63,056 nucleotides of DNA from Tissierellia bacterium (GTDB lineage Bacteria > Bacillota > Clostridia > Tissierellales > Tepidimicrobiaceae): the NCBI GenBank assembly GCA_012735405.1, contig JAAYHM010000143.1, positions 1 through 63,056 of the forward strand, written 5' to 3'. Within the stretch, counting starts at the first letter, position 1, and every line of letters starts with the position of its first letter. The translations under genes were made by a program, and so were the position numbers. The notes below the pieces were generated by a model. It made no database searches, was not told where the DNA came from, and saw nothing but the letters and a program-made list of their open reading frames with translations. Shown here in pieces: positions 9,686 to 18,882 of this stretch.

Positions 9686-10102
9686 TCACCTTCTTGTTCT
9701 ATCTAAATAAGATTGTAGTATATAGGTTGCTGCTACCTTATCTATAACTTTTTTTCTGTTTTTCCTTTTTACATCACTTTTAATAAGCAGTTTTTCTGCT
9801 TGAACCGTTGTAAGCCTTTCATCTTCCAATACTATGTCTATATTAACCTTGTTTTTGAGCTTGTCAACAAAATCTAATACCTTTTCACCTTGAGGCCCAA
9901 TGGTATTATTCATATTTTTAGGAATACCCACAACAATTTTTCTTATATTATACTTATTAATAATTTCTATTAAGGAATCAATATCCTTTTTATAACTTTC
10001 TCTTCTAATAGTCATTAAACTTTGGGCTGTAATTAATAAGGGATCACTAATTGCCACTCCAATTGTCTTGTCTCCCACATCTAATCCCATTATTCGTTCC
10101 AT
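9686..10102 (-). CDS. ruvX: Holliday junction resolvase-like nuclease RuvX (YqgF)
   Basis: [20 protein letters not shown] is the YqgF N-terminus. The ORF track starts at TTG 10120; ATG 10102 preceded by AAAGGTGA is more plausible. Confidence 0.88.
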   Translation of the reverse strand: MERIMGLDVGDKTIGVAISDPLLITAQSLMTIRRESYKKDIDSLIEIINKYNIRKIVVGIPKNMNNTIGPQGEKVLDFVDKLKNKVNIDIVLEDERLTTVQAEKLLIKSDVKRKNRKKVIDKVAATYILQSYLDRTRR

Positions 10103-10112
10103 TCCATCACCT

Positions 10113-11060
10113 TTAAACAACCTTTATACAAAATTCAGGACAATTTCTAGCACAATAGCTGCATAGGATGCAGTTTCCATTTGGTACTGCTTTACCATTC
10201 ACTAATTTAATACCATTATGCTTGCATGTTTTAACACATCTTCCACAACCAATACAATAGTCAGCCACAATTAATCTTCTGTTCTTACTGCTTATATTTT
10301 TCCTTAAATTTTCAGGTGCGTAACCTGATTCCATTAAACTAATATTACAGTCTATTTCATCCTTAGACTGCATGCCAATTGCTATAGAATGTATAAAGGA
10401 AATATTTTTAACAAAATTAAATGCTTCTTCCGCCTTTCCTATTAAATGGCCTCCTCCCAAAGGCTTCATGGCAAAAATACCCTTTCCTATATCATATGCC
10501 TTTTTAATGGCCTTTAACATATCTTCAATAGAACCATCCTGTATTCCTATACCTTGCATATTTACTATGGGATGAATAATTTCTATATCATCAACTTCTA
10601 TAGCACCTAAAACCCCTTCTATTCTATGAGTGGATATTCCAATAGCTCTAATTTTACCTTCCTTTTTAGCATCTTTAAAATATTCAATAGCCTCCCAATG
10701 GCCTCTTATAGTATGAATACTTTCCTGTTCATGTAACATAAATATATCTATATAGTCAGTATTAAGTTCTGACAAGGCTAATTCCAAGCTTTTCTTAGCC
10801 ATATCATAGGTATAAGCATAGCATTTAGTAGATATTATATATTTTTTTCTATCTATAACTTTTAGGGCTTCCCTAATATAGTCATAATTATTATATATTT
10901 CAGCTGTATCTAAAAAATTTATTCCTCTACTATAGGCATATTTTATTAAGTCAGCGCCATCTTTTACAGATAAATTTGCTTGAAAGGGTGTCATAGTCAA
11001 AGAACCAAAACAAAGCCTTGAAACTTCAATCCCTGTACTTCCCAACTGAACCTTATCCAT
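10113..11060 (-). CDS. aldo/keto reductase fused to a C-terminal 2x[4Fe-4S] ferredoxin domain
   Basis: 315 aa. AKR N-terminus ([17 protein letters not shown]) plus [11 protein letters not shown] and [11 protein letters not shown] cluster motifs. Confidence 0.8.
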   Translation of the reverse strand: MDKVQLGSTGIEVSRLCFGSLTMTPFQANLSVKDGADLIKYAYSRGINFLDTAEIYNNYDYIREALKVIDRKKYIISTKCYAYTYDMAKKSLELALSELNTDYIDIFMLHEQESIHTIRGHWEAIEYFKDAKKEGKIRAIGISTHRIEGVLGAIEVDDIEIIHPIVNMQGIGIQDGSIEDMLKAIKKAYDIGKGIFAMKPLGGGHLIGKAEEAFNFVKNISFIHSIAIGMQSKDEIDCNISLMESGYAPENLRKNISSKNRRLIVADYCIGCGRCVKTCKHNGIKLVNGKAVPNGNCILCSYCARNCPEFCIKVV

Positions 11061-11074
11061 TATAAGTCATCTTC

Positions 11075-13225
11075 CTATCCTTGTTGTATTCTTTTTTCTT
11101 CAGTAAATAAAAATACTAAAAATATTGTACAAATATTTAGGGCTATGGAAGCCAGCACTAAACCTGAATCGTTTACTAAAAATCCTATTATGCTTCCAAA
11201 TATAATAGATATATATCCTTTATTAATTTTCCTATTAATTAAATATTTGTATCCGTTTCTATATAAAAAGGTCAACATTCCTTGAACAATTATATTTGAA
11301 AATAAAACTTTTGTCCAGAAGGAATTGCCAACTAGTTTTATATTCATGGCTAGTTTTCTAATAATAATATTATTGGCTATATACAAACCCTCATCCCTAA
11401 CCTTCATTAATGCTTCCCCAAGATGGGTAGGATTTGGGTTAAATTTAAGATCTATAAAGCCTAAAATTCCTAAAAAGAAAGCCACTGTCAATGCAATAAT
11501 AGCCATACTTTTTAAACTGAATTTCTTTTCTATGGCTTCTAATATAAATAAGAGGCTGGCAGATAAAAATGAAATCATGCCTCCAACATTGGCCCCTAGC
11601 TGCGGATGACCTACTAAGACTACTGTTAAAAGTAACATTATACCTAAAGTCACTATATTATTAAGTCTTTGGTATATTAAATTTATGCAAATCATAGCAA
11701 CTGGTAACAATAAACCAACCATTTCGTTACCCAATCCGTAGTATCTTGCTCCAATAATTGGATCGTAACTTAAAACTGAAAATTTACTAAAAGCATTATC
11801 TAACAGTATATCAAGGGTTATAATAATAAGATATAAAAAATTAAGGCTATAGAATGTACTTATACCATTATATCTATTTAAAATAAAGAGGTATATGATA
11901 CTAAGTGCTGATATAACTAAAAAGAATTTATAAATACTATTTATATTAAACAAGGAACTTATTATATAAATAAGAGGTATTCCATATAAAAAAAGAATTA
12001 ATATTTTTATTATTTTGTTTATATTAAAATCTACCCTAATTTTTATAACTAATAAAAGTGCTGAAAGTAATAATATTATAATAGATATAATACCATAAGC
12101 GGTTAAAGATTTAGTCCTTATTTTTGAAGTTAAATCAATACGGCCATTTATTGACTTGATATAAGTAAAAACATCCTCTTTCTTTTCCCAGGTAATTTTA
12201 TTACCAGAGGCTTTTTCTGTTTTTATACCAAAAAATTCGGCAATGGTTGGTACAATATCTAAATTTGATACAATACCTGTATATTTAGTTGTAGCTGAAC
12301 TAAGAATGCTTTCTTCTATATTGCTACCCCATAATATTAAAGGAGATAAGCGACTTCCCTTAATTTTCTCTTCACCACTGTTGGGGCTAAATATAAATAT
12401 AAGAGACTCTCCTTTATTAACGCTATTAATTAATTCTCCAATAAAAGCGTCAATATCATTTAAAATATTATTTCTCTGCTCAAAAAACCTATCATCACTA
12501 ATATAGCTACTTGTAGTATGAAGCCTAAATAAATCTCCCGTATCTATAACAAAAAGAGAAGTTTCATTTTGTAGTTTTTTTATTTCATTCATTATCTTAT
12601 CATAATCAGTTTTTAAACCGTAGGGATATTCTTCATCTTCAATAAGTATGTCATCAACATTTCCAAAATCTATTAATCCTTTAGAGTCCATAGGTATAAA
12701 GGATGAATATCTATAAGTATAATCTATTGTATCACTATTACCAAAAATAGCAGTCTTTAACCCATTTTCATGGAGAAGATCACCTAATAGGCCTATATAG
12801 GGAGTATATCTATTATCCTCATTTTGAATATATAGTCTACCTATTTCTATATTGCCAACAGAATAATCCCCTTCAATTTTGCCTATTCTATTTTCATATA
12901 TTTCCTTATACTCTCCAATTAGATTGTAGAATTGAGAACTAGTATTGTTTGCATAAGTTTTACCAGAAGAGTTAATGGTTACAAAACTTTCCGCCCCTGT
13001 ATAACTATTTAATCCTCGTACATTCATTAAGGCAAAACCAGCCTCATTTATTACTTTTGTCAAATTTGGCATCTTTTCTATGTCCTGAAGGGTAAGCTTA
13101 TTAACTACAAGAATATATACTTTTTTACTATTTGAATTTTCTTCTATTCCATAGGAAATATGGTATGTAGATATTAGAACCAATAAAGTAAGAATGATTA
13201 TCATAAATCTACTTGTCAGCTTCAA
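11075..13225 (-). CDS. large polytopic membrane protein with N-terminal extracytoplasmic domain (function unknown)
   Basis: 716 aa. Signal/anchor, then about 370 aa soluble domain, then about 11 predicted TM helices. TTG start with AGGGGAG RBS. The segment SSATTKYTGIVSNLDIVPTIAEFFGI resembles the alkaline-phosphatase-superfamily D-I-x-P-T motif (by-eye impression). Confidence 0.7.
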   Translation of the reverse strand: MKLTSRFMIIILTLLVLISTYHISYGIEENSNSKKVYILVVNKLTLQDIEKMPNLTKVINEAGFALMNVRGLNSYTGAESFVTINSSGKTYANNTSSQFYNLIGEYKEIYENRIGKIEGDYSVGNIEIGRLYIQNEDNRYTPYIGLLGDLLHENGLKTAIFGNSDTIDYTYRYSSFIPMDSKGLIDFGNVDDILIEDEEYPYGLKTDYDKIMNEIKKLQNETSLFVIDTGDLFRLHTTSSYISDDRFFEQRNNILNDIDAFIGELINSVNKGESLIFIFSPNSGEEKIKGSRLSPLILWGSNIEESILSSATTKYTGIVSNLDIVPTIAEFFGIKTEKASGNKITWEKKEDVFTYIKSINGRIDLTSKIRTKSLTAYGIISIIILLLSALLLVIKIRVDFNINKIIKILILFLYGIPLIYIISSLFNINSIYKFFLVISALSIIYLFILNRYNGISTFYSLNFLYLIIITLDILLDNAFSKFSVLSYDPIIGARYYGLGNEMVGLLLPVAMICINLIYQRLNNIVTLGIMLLLTVVLVGHPQLGANVGGMISFLSASLLFILEAIEKKFSLKSMAIIALTVAFFLGILGFIDLKFNPNPTHLGEALMKVRDEGLYIANNIIIRKLAMNIKLVGNSFWTKVLFSNIIVQGMLTFLYRNGYKYLINRKINKGYISIIFGSIIGFLVNDSGLVLASIALNICTIFLVFLFTEEKRIQQG

Positions 13226-13238
13226 CTACATATCTCCC

Positions 13239-13505
13239 CTAAATATTATTTTCCTTCTCCAAATAACTCCTAAGTATTTCCTCTAAAAGTTCATCTCTTT
13301 CAACTTTCCTAATGATACTCCTTGCATCCTTATGACTTGTAATATAGGTTGGGTCACCTGATAAAATGTAGCCTATTATTTGATTTATCGGGTCATAGCC
13401 CTTTTCTTTTAATGCATCATATACTGCAAAAATAATCTTTTTAACTTCGCTATCTATATCCTTATTTGTCTCAAATTTCATCGTTTCATTTAAATTATTA
13501 TTCAC
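13239..13505 (-). CDS. ireB: IreB family regulatory phosphoprotein (UPF0297, YrzL)
   Basis: 88 aa. [22 protein letters not shown] motif. Immediately downstream of alaS, as in Bacillus. GTG start with GGAGGTG RBS. Confidence 0.8.
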   Translation of the reverse strand: MNNNLNETMKFETNKDIDSEVKKIIFAVYDALKEKGYDPINQIIGYILSGDPTYITSHKDARSIIRKVERDELLEEILRSYLEKENNI

Positions 13506-13554
13506 ATTAACACCTCCTATAATATTTATAACATATCTTTAATAAAATATGCAG

Positions 13555-13589
13555 TGCTAAAATAAATATTAGCTTAATAGCTAATATTT
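13555..13589 (-). terminator. hairpin terminator after alaS
   Basis: AAATATTAGC (13564..13573) / GCTAATATTT (13580..13589) with a U-rich tail on the minus strand. Overlaps the alaS stop codon. Confidence 0.6.
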
Positions 13590-16227
13590 ATTTTAGCTGC
13601 TCCTTTAGTACAGAAGGCACCTTGCTCAAAGCTTCATTTACTTTACTTATGTCCTTGCCACCTGCTTGAGCCATATCTGGGCGGCCTCCGCCACCTCCAC
13701 CAGCTATTTTAGCAACTTCTTTTATTATGTTACCAGCATGGATTCCCTTATTAACTAAATCTTTAGTAACCATGCATAAGAAATATATCTTAGTGTTTTC
13801 TACACTTGCAAGGACCACTACTCCAGATTCTAATGAATCTTTTATCTTGTCTCCTAGATTCCTTAAACTATTCATATCCATGTTTTCAACCTTGTAGGTA
13901 ATTAAATCTATGTTTTCCACATTTTGCTTAGAATTTAATATTTCGTCAACTAAAGATGAAGCCATCTTACTTTGTAATAGCTCTATTTCCTTTTCCTTTG
14001 ATTTCAATTCTTCCATTAGATTTTGAACCTTGCCAAATACATCTTTTTTATTTACCTTCATAATTTGTGCTATGGCTGTCATATCTTTTTCAAGGTCTAA
14101 CAAATATTTATATACACTTCTGCCTGTAATAGCTTCAATTCTTCTTACTCCAGCTGCAATACTTGATTCTGATATTATTTTAAACATTCCAATAAAACTT
14201 GTATTTTTAACGTGGGTTCCTCCGCAAAGTTCCTTTGAGTAATCACCCATTTGTACTACCCTAACCTTATCTTTATACTTTTCTTCAAATAATCCAACTA
14301 TACCTGCTTCCTGTGCTTCATCAAGACTTGTCTCAAAAGTTTTTACTTCCAGAGCTTCTAATATCTTTTCATTTACAATTCTTTCTATTTCTTTTAATTC
14401 TTCATCCTTAACTGCTTCAAAATGGGTAAAGTCAAATCTTAATCTGTCTGGCAACACTATGGAACCTGCTTGATTTACATGTTCACCTAGTACGTCCTTT
14501 AATGCCCTGTGTAGTAAATGTGTAGCTGAGTGATTTCTCATAATATCATAACGATAATTGTAATCAACCTTTGCTTCTACTTCATCACCTATATTTAATA
14601 TTCCCTTATCTACTTTTATGTGGTGAATTATAATATCATCCTTTGCATATTGAGTATCTAAAACCTTAGCTGAAAAACCATCATTCGTGATAGTACCCTT
14701 ATCCCCTACTTGACCTCCTCTTTCTGCATAAAAAGGAGTTTTGTCTAATACCACAATTCCTTTCATTCCTTCTTCTATTGTATCTTGTGAATTGCCTTCA
14801 ACAATTATTTCAACTACCTTAGATTTAGTATCAAAGGTTTCATATCCTTTAAATTCAGTATCTATTTCTTTAGTAAACTCAATTACATCACTATGTTTCC
14901 AGCCAGTATCTGTAGATTTTTCCCTTGCTCTTCTAGCCCTTTCTCTTTGTTCTTCCATATAAATATTAAATTCCTCTTCATCTACAGCTAAACCTTTTTC
15001 TTCTAATATTTCACGTGTCAAATCAAGAGGGAATCCATAGGTATCATACAATTTAAAGGCCTTTTCCCCGTCAAGATATTTTTGATTTTTACTTAGTATC
15101 TCTTCAATATAGGTGTCCAGAATTTGTAGTCCCTGATGAATTGTCTCTTGGAATTTTTCTTCTTCTGCTCTTATAACTTTTAAAATTCTCTCTTCATTTT
15201 CCTTAATCTCAGGATAAATTACCTTCCAAGAATCTATAACTCCAGATACAACTGTGCTTAAGAAAGGCTTTTCTATTCCCAGTAGTTTACCATGTCTAGC
15301 AGCTCTCCTGATAAGCCTTCTTAGTATATATCCTCTACCCTCATTGCTTGGCAAAACACCATCAGAAACTAAAAAGGTCATAGCCCTACTATGGTCTGTT
15401 ATAACCCTTATTGAAACATCCCATTCTTCATTTTGTCTGTATTTTTTTCCTGATATTCCTTCAACAATATTCAATATCTCCTTAATTGCGCTAACTTCAA
15501 ATATATTATCTGTACCTTCCATCACTGTAGCTATTCTTTCAAGTCCCATACCAGTATCTATATTTGGATGCTTTAATGGATGATAGTTACCATTTTCATC
15601 CTTATCAAATTGAGTAAATACTAAGTTCCATACCTCTATATATCTATCACAATCACATCCAGGCTTACAATCCTCTTTACCGCAACCATATTTTTCCCCT
15701 CTGTCTACATATATTTCTGAACAGGGACCACAAGGGCCTACTTCTAATTCCCAAAAATTATCCTCTTTTCCTAATCTAACTATTTTCTCTTCAGGTACAC
15801 CCACATCATTTTTCCATATTTCAAAAGCCTCATCATCATCTTCATATATTGATACCCAAAGTAGTTCTGGAGGGATCTCCATATTTACAGTTAAAAATTC
15901 CCATGCCCATTGTATAGCTTCTTTTTTAAAATAATCACCAAATGAAAAATTACCTAACATTTCAAAAAAAGTTGCATGTCTATCAGTTTTCCCTACATTT
16001 TCAATATCTGCAGTCCTAATGCATTTTTGGCAAGTAGCAACCCTTTTTCTAGGTGGTTTTTTCTCTCCAGTAAAATATGGCTTTAAAGGTGCCATACCTG
16101 CATTTATTAATAACAAACTCTTATCATTCTGAGGAACTAAAGAAAAACTAGGTAAAATTAAATGATCTTTTCCTTCAAAAAAGTCTAAAAACTCTTTTCT
16201 TATCTCATGTAAACCAATTTTTTTCAT
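13588..16227 (-). CDS. alaS: alanine--tRNA ligase
   Basis: 879 aa. Class II core, editing-domain HSATHLLH and CGGTH motifs, C-terminal DHHA1 with Gly-rich GGGGGGRPDMAQAGG. Confidence 0.97.
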   Translation of the reverse strand: MKKIGLHEIRKEFLDFFEGKDHLILPSFSLVPQNDKSLLLINAGMAPLKPYFTGEKKPPRKRVATCQKCIRTADIENVGKTDRHATFFEMLGNFSFGDYFKKEAIQWAWEFLTVNMEIPPELLWVSIYEDDDEAFEIWKNDVGVPEEKIVRLGKEDNFWELEVGPCGPCSEIYVDRGEKYGCGKEDCKPGCDCDRYIEVWNLVFTQFDKDENGNYHPLKHPNIDTGMGLERIATVMEGTDNIFEVSAIKEILNIVEGISGKKYRQNEEWDVSIRVITDHSRAMTFLVSDGVLPSNEGRGYILRRLIRRAARHGKLLGIEKPFLSTVVSGVIDSWKVIYPEIKENEERILKVIRAEEEKFQETIHQGLQILDTYIEEILSKNQKYLDGEKAFKLYDTYGFPLDLTREILEEKGLAVDEEEFNIYMEEQRERARRAREKSTDTGWKHSDVIEFTKEIDTEFKGYETFDTKSKVVEIIVEGNSQDTIEEGMKGIVVLDKTPFYAERGGQVGDKGTITNDGFSAKVLDTQYAKDDIIIHHIKVDKGILNIGDEVEAKVDYNYRYDIMRNHSATHLLHRALKDVLGEHVNQAGSIVLPDRLRFDFTHFEAVKDEELKEIERIVNEKILEALEVKTFETSLDEAQEAGIVGLFEEKYKDKVRVVQMGDYSKELCGGTHVKNTSFIGMFKIISESSIAAGVRRIEAITGRSVYKYLLDLEKDMTAIAQIMKVNKKDVFGKVQNLMEELKSKEKEIELLQSKMASSLVDEILNSKQNVENIDLITYKVENMDMNSLRNLGDKIKDSLESGVVVLASVENTKIYFLCMVTKDLVNKGIHAGNIIKEVAKIAGGGGGGRPDMAQAGGKDISKVNEALSKVPSVLKEQLK

Positions 16228-16253
16228 ACTTACACACCTCTTATATCAATTTT

Positions 16254-16284
16254 TAAAAAAATTCGCCCCTTGTCAAAGGGACGA
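16254..16284 (-). terminator. intrinsic terminator-like hairpin plus U7 inside the short alaS leader
   Basis: Minus-strand RNA UCGUCCC-uuugacaa-GGGGCGA (7 bp including one G-U), followed by AUUUUUUU. Lies between the alaS promoter (16311..16339) and the alaS RBS AAGAGGTG (16235..16242). Confidence 0.65.
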
Positions 16285-16310
16285 TAATCCACGTTATATC
16301 TATAATTTGG

Positions 16311-16339
16311 ATTATAATTTAAAGATATGCATTTGTCAA
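16311..16339 (-). promoter_or_regulatory. consensus sigma-A promoter upstream of alaS
   Basis: Minus strand TTGACA (16339..16334), exactly 17 nt, TATAAT (16316..16311). Both hexamers are perfect. Confidence 0.65.
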
Positions 16340-16354
16340 CATCCTAATGGTTTT

Positions 16355-17602
16355 CTATTTTTTCACAAGATTTCGCTTCTTAATTTTATCTATAAAAAAT
16401 CCTATTAATATTTTTACTGTAGCTACTACAGGAACAGAAAAAATCATTCCCATTACGCCGAACATCCCACCAGCTATAATTAAAGATAGTAACACTGTTA
16501 TAGGATGTATTCCTGTGCTGTCCCCTATTATTTTAGGTGCTAGTACATTGTTTTCTATCCACTGGATTATTACAAAGGCTACTGCAACCCAAAAGCCTTT
16601 AACAAGACTATCTAATGAGGCAAATATTACAGCAGGTAAAAAGCCTAAAAAAGGTCCAAAGTATGGAATTATGTCTGCTATGCCTGTTATTAAACCTATA
16701 ACTATTGCAAAATTAATATCTAGTATGAGTAATAATATTGTAGTAGCAATTCCAACATAAACTGCCAAAATTAATCTGCCTCTAATAAACTGGCTTAAAG
16801 CCCTATCTATTTCTACAAATAGCTCCTTTACATCCTGCCTCTTACTCTTGGGTATTGTTAAATATAGTAAATTTTTAAAATAATCCTTATCTCTTAAAAA
16901 GTAGAAGGTTAGTATAGGTATCAGTATAAAGCTTACTATTTTACTAAAAGCCTTAACTACTCCATCAATAAACTTGCTAATATTAGTAACTATTATATTT
17001 TGCAATCTATCTAAATTTTGTATTACTACCTCTTCTATACTTTTCATTATGGATGGTATATATTCTACTTCTGAGTAATATTTGTCATACAAACTATTTA
17101 AAAAATCCGTAAAACTCCTAATATATGCTGGAGTAACTGATAAAAGTCCTCCAATTTCTTCACCAATTCTTGGAATTATAGAAACAGAAATTCCAACTAT
17201 TATGCCCAATATAACTATGTATAAAATTAGAACTCCTAAGGTTCTGGAAATATTATGTTTTTCAAAATAGTTTATTATAGGATTAAATAAATAAGCTATT
17301 ACAACTGAAGCTATAATTGTAAAAAAGGTATCTTTTAATATAGTAAATTCTTTTGATAGTTGAATAAATATATAAATAAATAATACAATAAGAAGAATAG
17401 GTAATCCTTTTTTTCTGCTTATTTTAATTCTTCTATTGCTTTCTACAAATCTATTTCCAATATGTATAAGATAATAAATAATTAAAACTAATAATATAAA
17501 TACTAAAAGCATTAAATGTCTACTTAAATAAGGATAATGAACATTCATAGTACTTGTCTCCATTTTTAATATTGGATAAGCAGCAAAGCTGCCTATCCCC
17601 AT
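16355..17602 (-). CDS. AI-2E family transporter (PerM/YubA-like permease)
   Basis: 415 aa, about 8 TM. C-terminal ITGIADIIPYFGPFLG and IIGDSTGIHP motifs typical of UPF0118/AI-2E. The true start may be internal. Confidence 0.85.
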   Translation of the reverse strand: MGIGSFAAYPILKMETSTMNVHYPYLSRHLMLLVFILLVLIIYYLIHIGNRFVESNRRIKISRKKGLPILLIVLFIYIFIQLSKEFTILKDTFFTIIASVVIAYLFNPIINYFEKHNISRTLGVLILYIVILGIIVGISVSIIPRIGEEIGGLLSVTPAYIRSFTDFLNSLYDKYYSEVEYIPSIMKSIEEVVIQNLDRLQNIIVTNISKFIDGVVKAFSKIVSFILIPILTFYFLRDKDYFKNLLYLTIPKSKRQDVKELFVEIDRALSQFIRGRLILAVYVGIATTILLLILDINFAIVIGLITGIADIIPYFGPFLGFLPAVIFASLDSLVKGFWVAVAFVIIQWIENNVLAPKIIGDSTGIHPITVLLSLIIAGGMFGVMGMIFSVPVVATVKILIGFFIDKIKKRNLVKK

Positions 17603-17766
17603 AATGAATTCATTCCATTCATTAAAGTAGCTTTTGCCCTTCTAGCAGTTTTTCTTATCTTTCTTTTTGGAATATTGTTTACTACCTTTGTTCCAACTAC
17701 CATGCCTAGGGAAATTCCTAGAACACTTCCTATTAATGCTCCATTTCTAAAGCCATTTCTGTTCAA
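17593..17766 (-). CDS. candidate small membrane protein (57 aa), below the ORF-track cutoff
   Basis: My own translation: TTG 17766 preceded by GGAGAGG RBS, giving (M)NRNGFRNGALIGSVLGISLGMVVGTKVVNNIPKRKIRKTARRAKATLMNGMNSLWG. One Gly-zipper TM followed by a basic tail. The stop overlaps the ATG of the AI-2E gene (ATGGGGATAG). Confidence 0.35.
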   Translation of the reverse strand: MNRNGFRNGALIGSVLGISLGMVVGTKVVNNIPKRKIRKTARRAKATLMNGMNSLWG

Positions 17767-17861
17767 CTATATCCTCTCCTTTACTATTATATACATTATT
17801 GTTTCTCTTAGTACTTAATTAATTCAATATAAATATTTACAACAATACATATTATTGTTAA

Positions 17862-18344
17862 TTAAATTAAAATACTGCTGGGTATAGATATACAATCTTC
17901 ATTTATATAAATAGTATCCAGGAGAGGAATATAATTTCTACCCTTAAGAAGATCTTCTATTATGCCCTCTGTAATTATAAAACCTTCAACTTTTCCCTCA
18001 TCTTTATCTATTACGACATCCTTTACAAAACCTATACATTCACCATATTCATTTCTTATTTCTTTGTCAATAAGCTTGTATCCTTCGTTAGTATTTTCAA
18101 CATATTTATCCATTTTAAAATTAAATATATCTGTATTATTATATATAATTTTATTGTTTTCTTGAAAGGATAAACTTTTATAATCAATAATCACCTTATT
18201 CTTTAATAAATATCCATTATTTATTACTATATAATCTATTCTCCTATAATCACTTGAATATAGTACATCCTTTATTCTACCAATAGGATTCTTTAGATAC
18301 TTATCCATTACTTTTAATGTAATTAATTGTTTATATCTTATCAC
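17862..18344 (-). CDS. PRC-barrel domain protein (tandem, YlmC/YmxH-related)
   Basis: 160 aa. Two segments resembling the PRC barrel (IGRIKDVLYS.. and CIGFVKDVVIDKDEGKVEGFIIT). GTG start with AAGGGG RBS. Confidence 0.55.
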   Translation of the reverse strand: MIRYKQLITLKVMDKYLKNPIGRIKDVLYSSDYRRIDYIVINNGYLLKNKVIIDYKSLSFQENNKIIYNNTDIFNFKMDKYVENTNEGYKLIDKEIRNEYGECIGFVKDVVIDKDEGKVEGFIITEGIIEDLLKGRNYIPLLDTIYINEDCISIPSSILI

Positions 18345-18450
18345 AATTATACCCCTTTTCTTATACTTGTAAATTTATTTTGTTATGAAAAAGGGTAATT
18401 TATTAATTCAAAATTAACCAATTTATTGATTCAAGGGGTATACTATACAA

Positions 18451-18882
18451 TTAAGCATGTTCATGATCATGTATATCTTCAACAGGATTGAAATTTTCTA
18501 ATCCTTTAATTTTTACATTATTCTTTTTTGCATAGTCATATAAGGCTGCCTTTATAGCTTGTTCAGCTAATAGGGAACAGTGCATTTTAATAGGTGGCAA
18601 ACCATCTAAGGCTTCTGCTACAGCCTTGTTTGTAACTTCCATAGCTTCTTCTATTGTTTTACCCTTTATTAATTCTGTTGCCATACTTGATGAAGCAATG
18701 GCAGAACCACAGCCAAAAGTTTTAAACTTGACATCAACTATTACCCCATCCTCAATCTTTAAATACATCTTCATGATGTCACCACATCTGGCATTGCCTA
18801 CTTCACCAATACCATCTGCATCTTCTATTTCTCCTACATTTCTTGGATTTCTAAAGTGATCCATAACCTTTTCTGAATACAT
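18451..18882 (-). CDS. nifU: Fe-S cluster assembly scaffold NifU/IscU
   Basis: 143 aa. GNARCGD, FGCGSAIASS and HCS cysteine motifs. Confidence 0.9.
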   Translation of the reverse strand: MYSEKVMDHFRNPRNVGEIEDADGIGEVGNARCGDIMKMYLKIEDGVIVDVKFKTFGCGSAIASSSMATELIKGKTIEEAMEVTNKAVAEALDGLPPIKMHCSLLAEQAIKAALYDYAKKNNVKIKGLENFNPVEDIHDHEHA

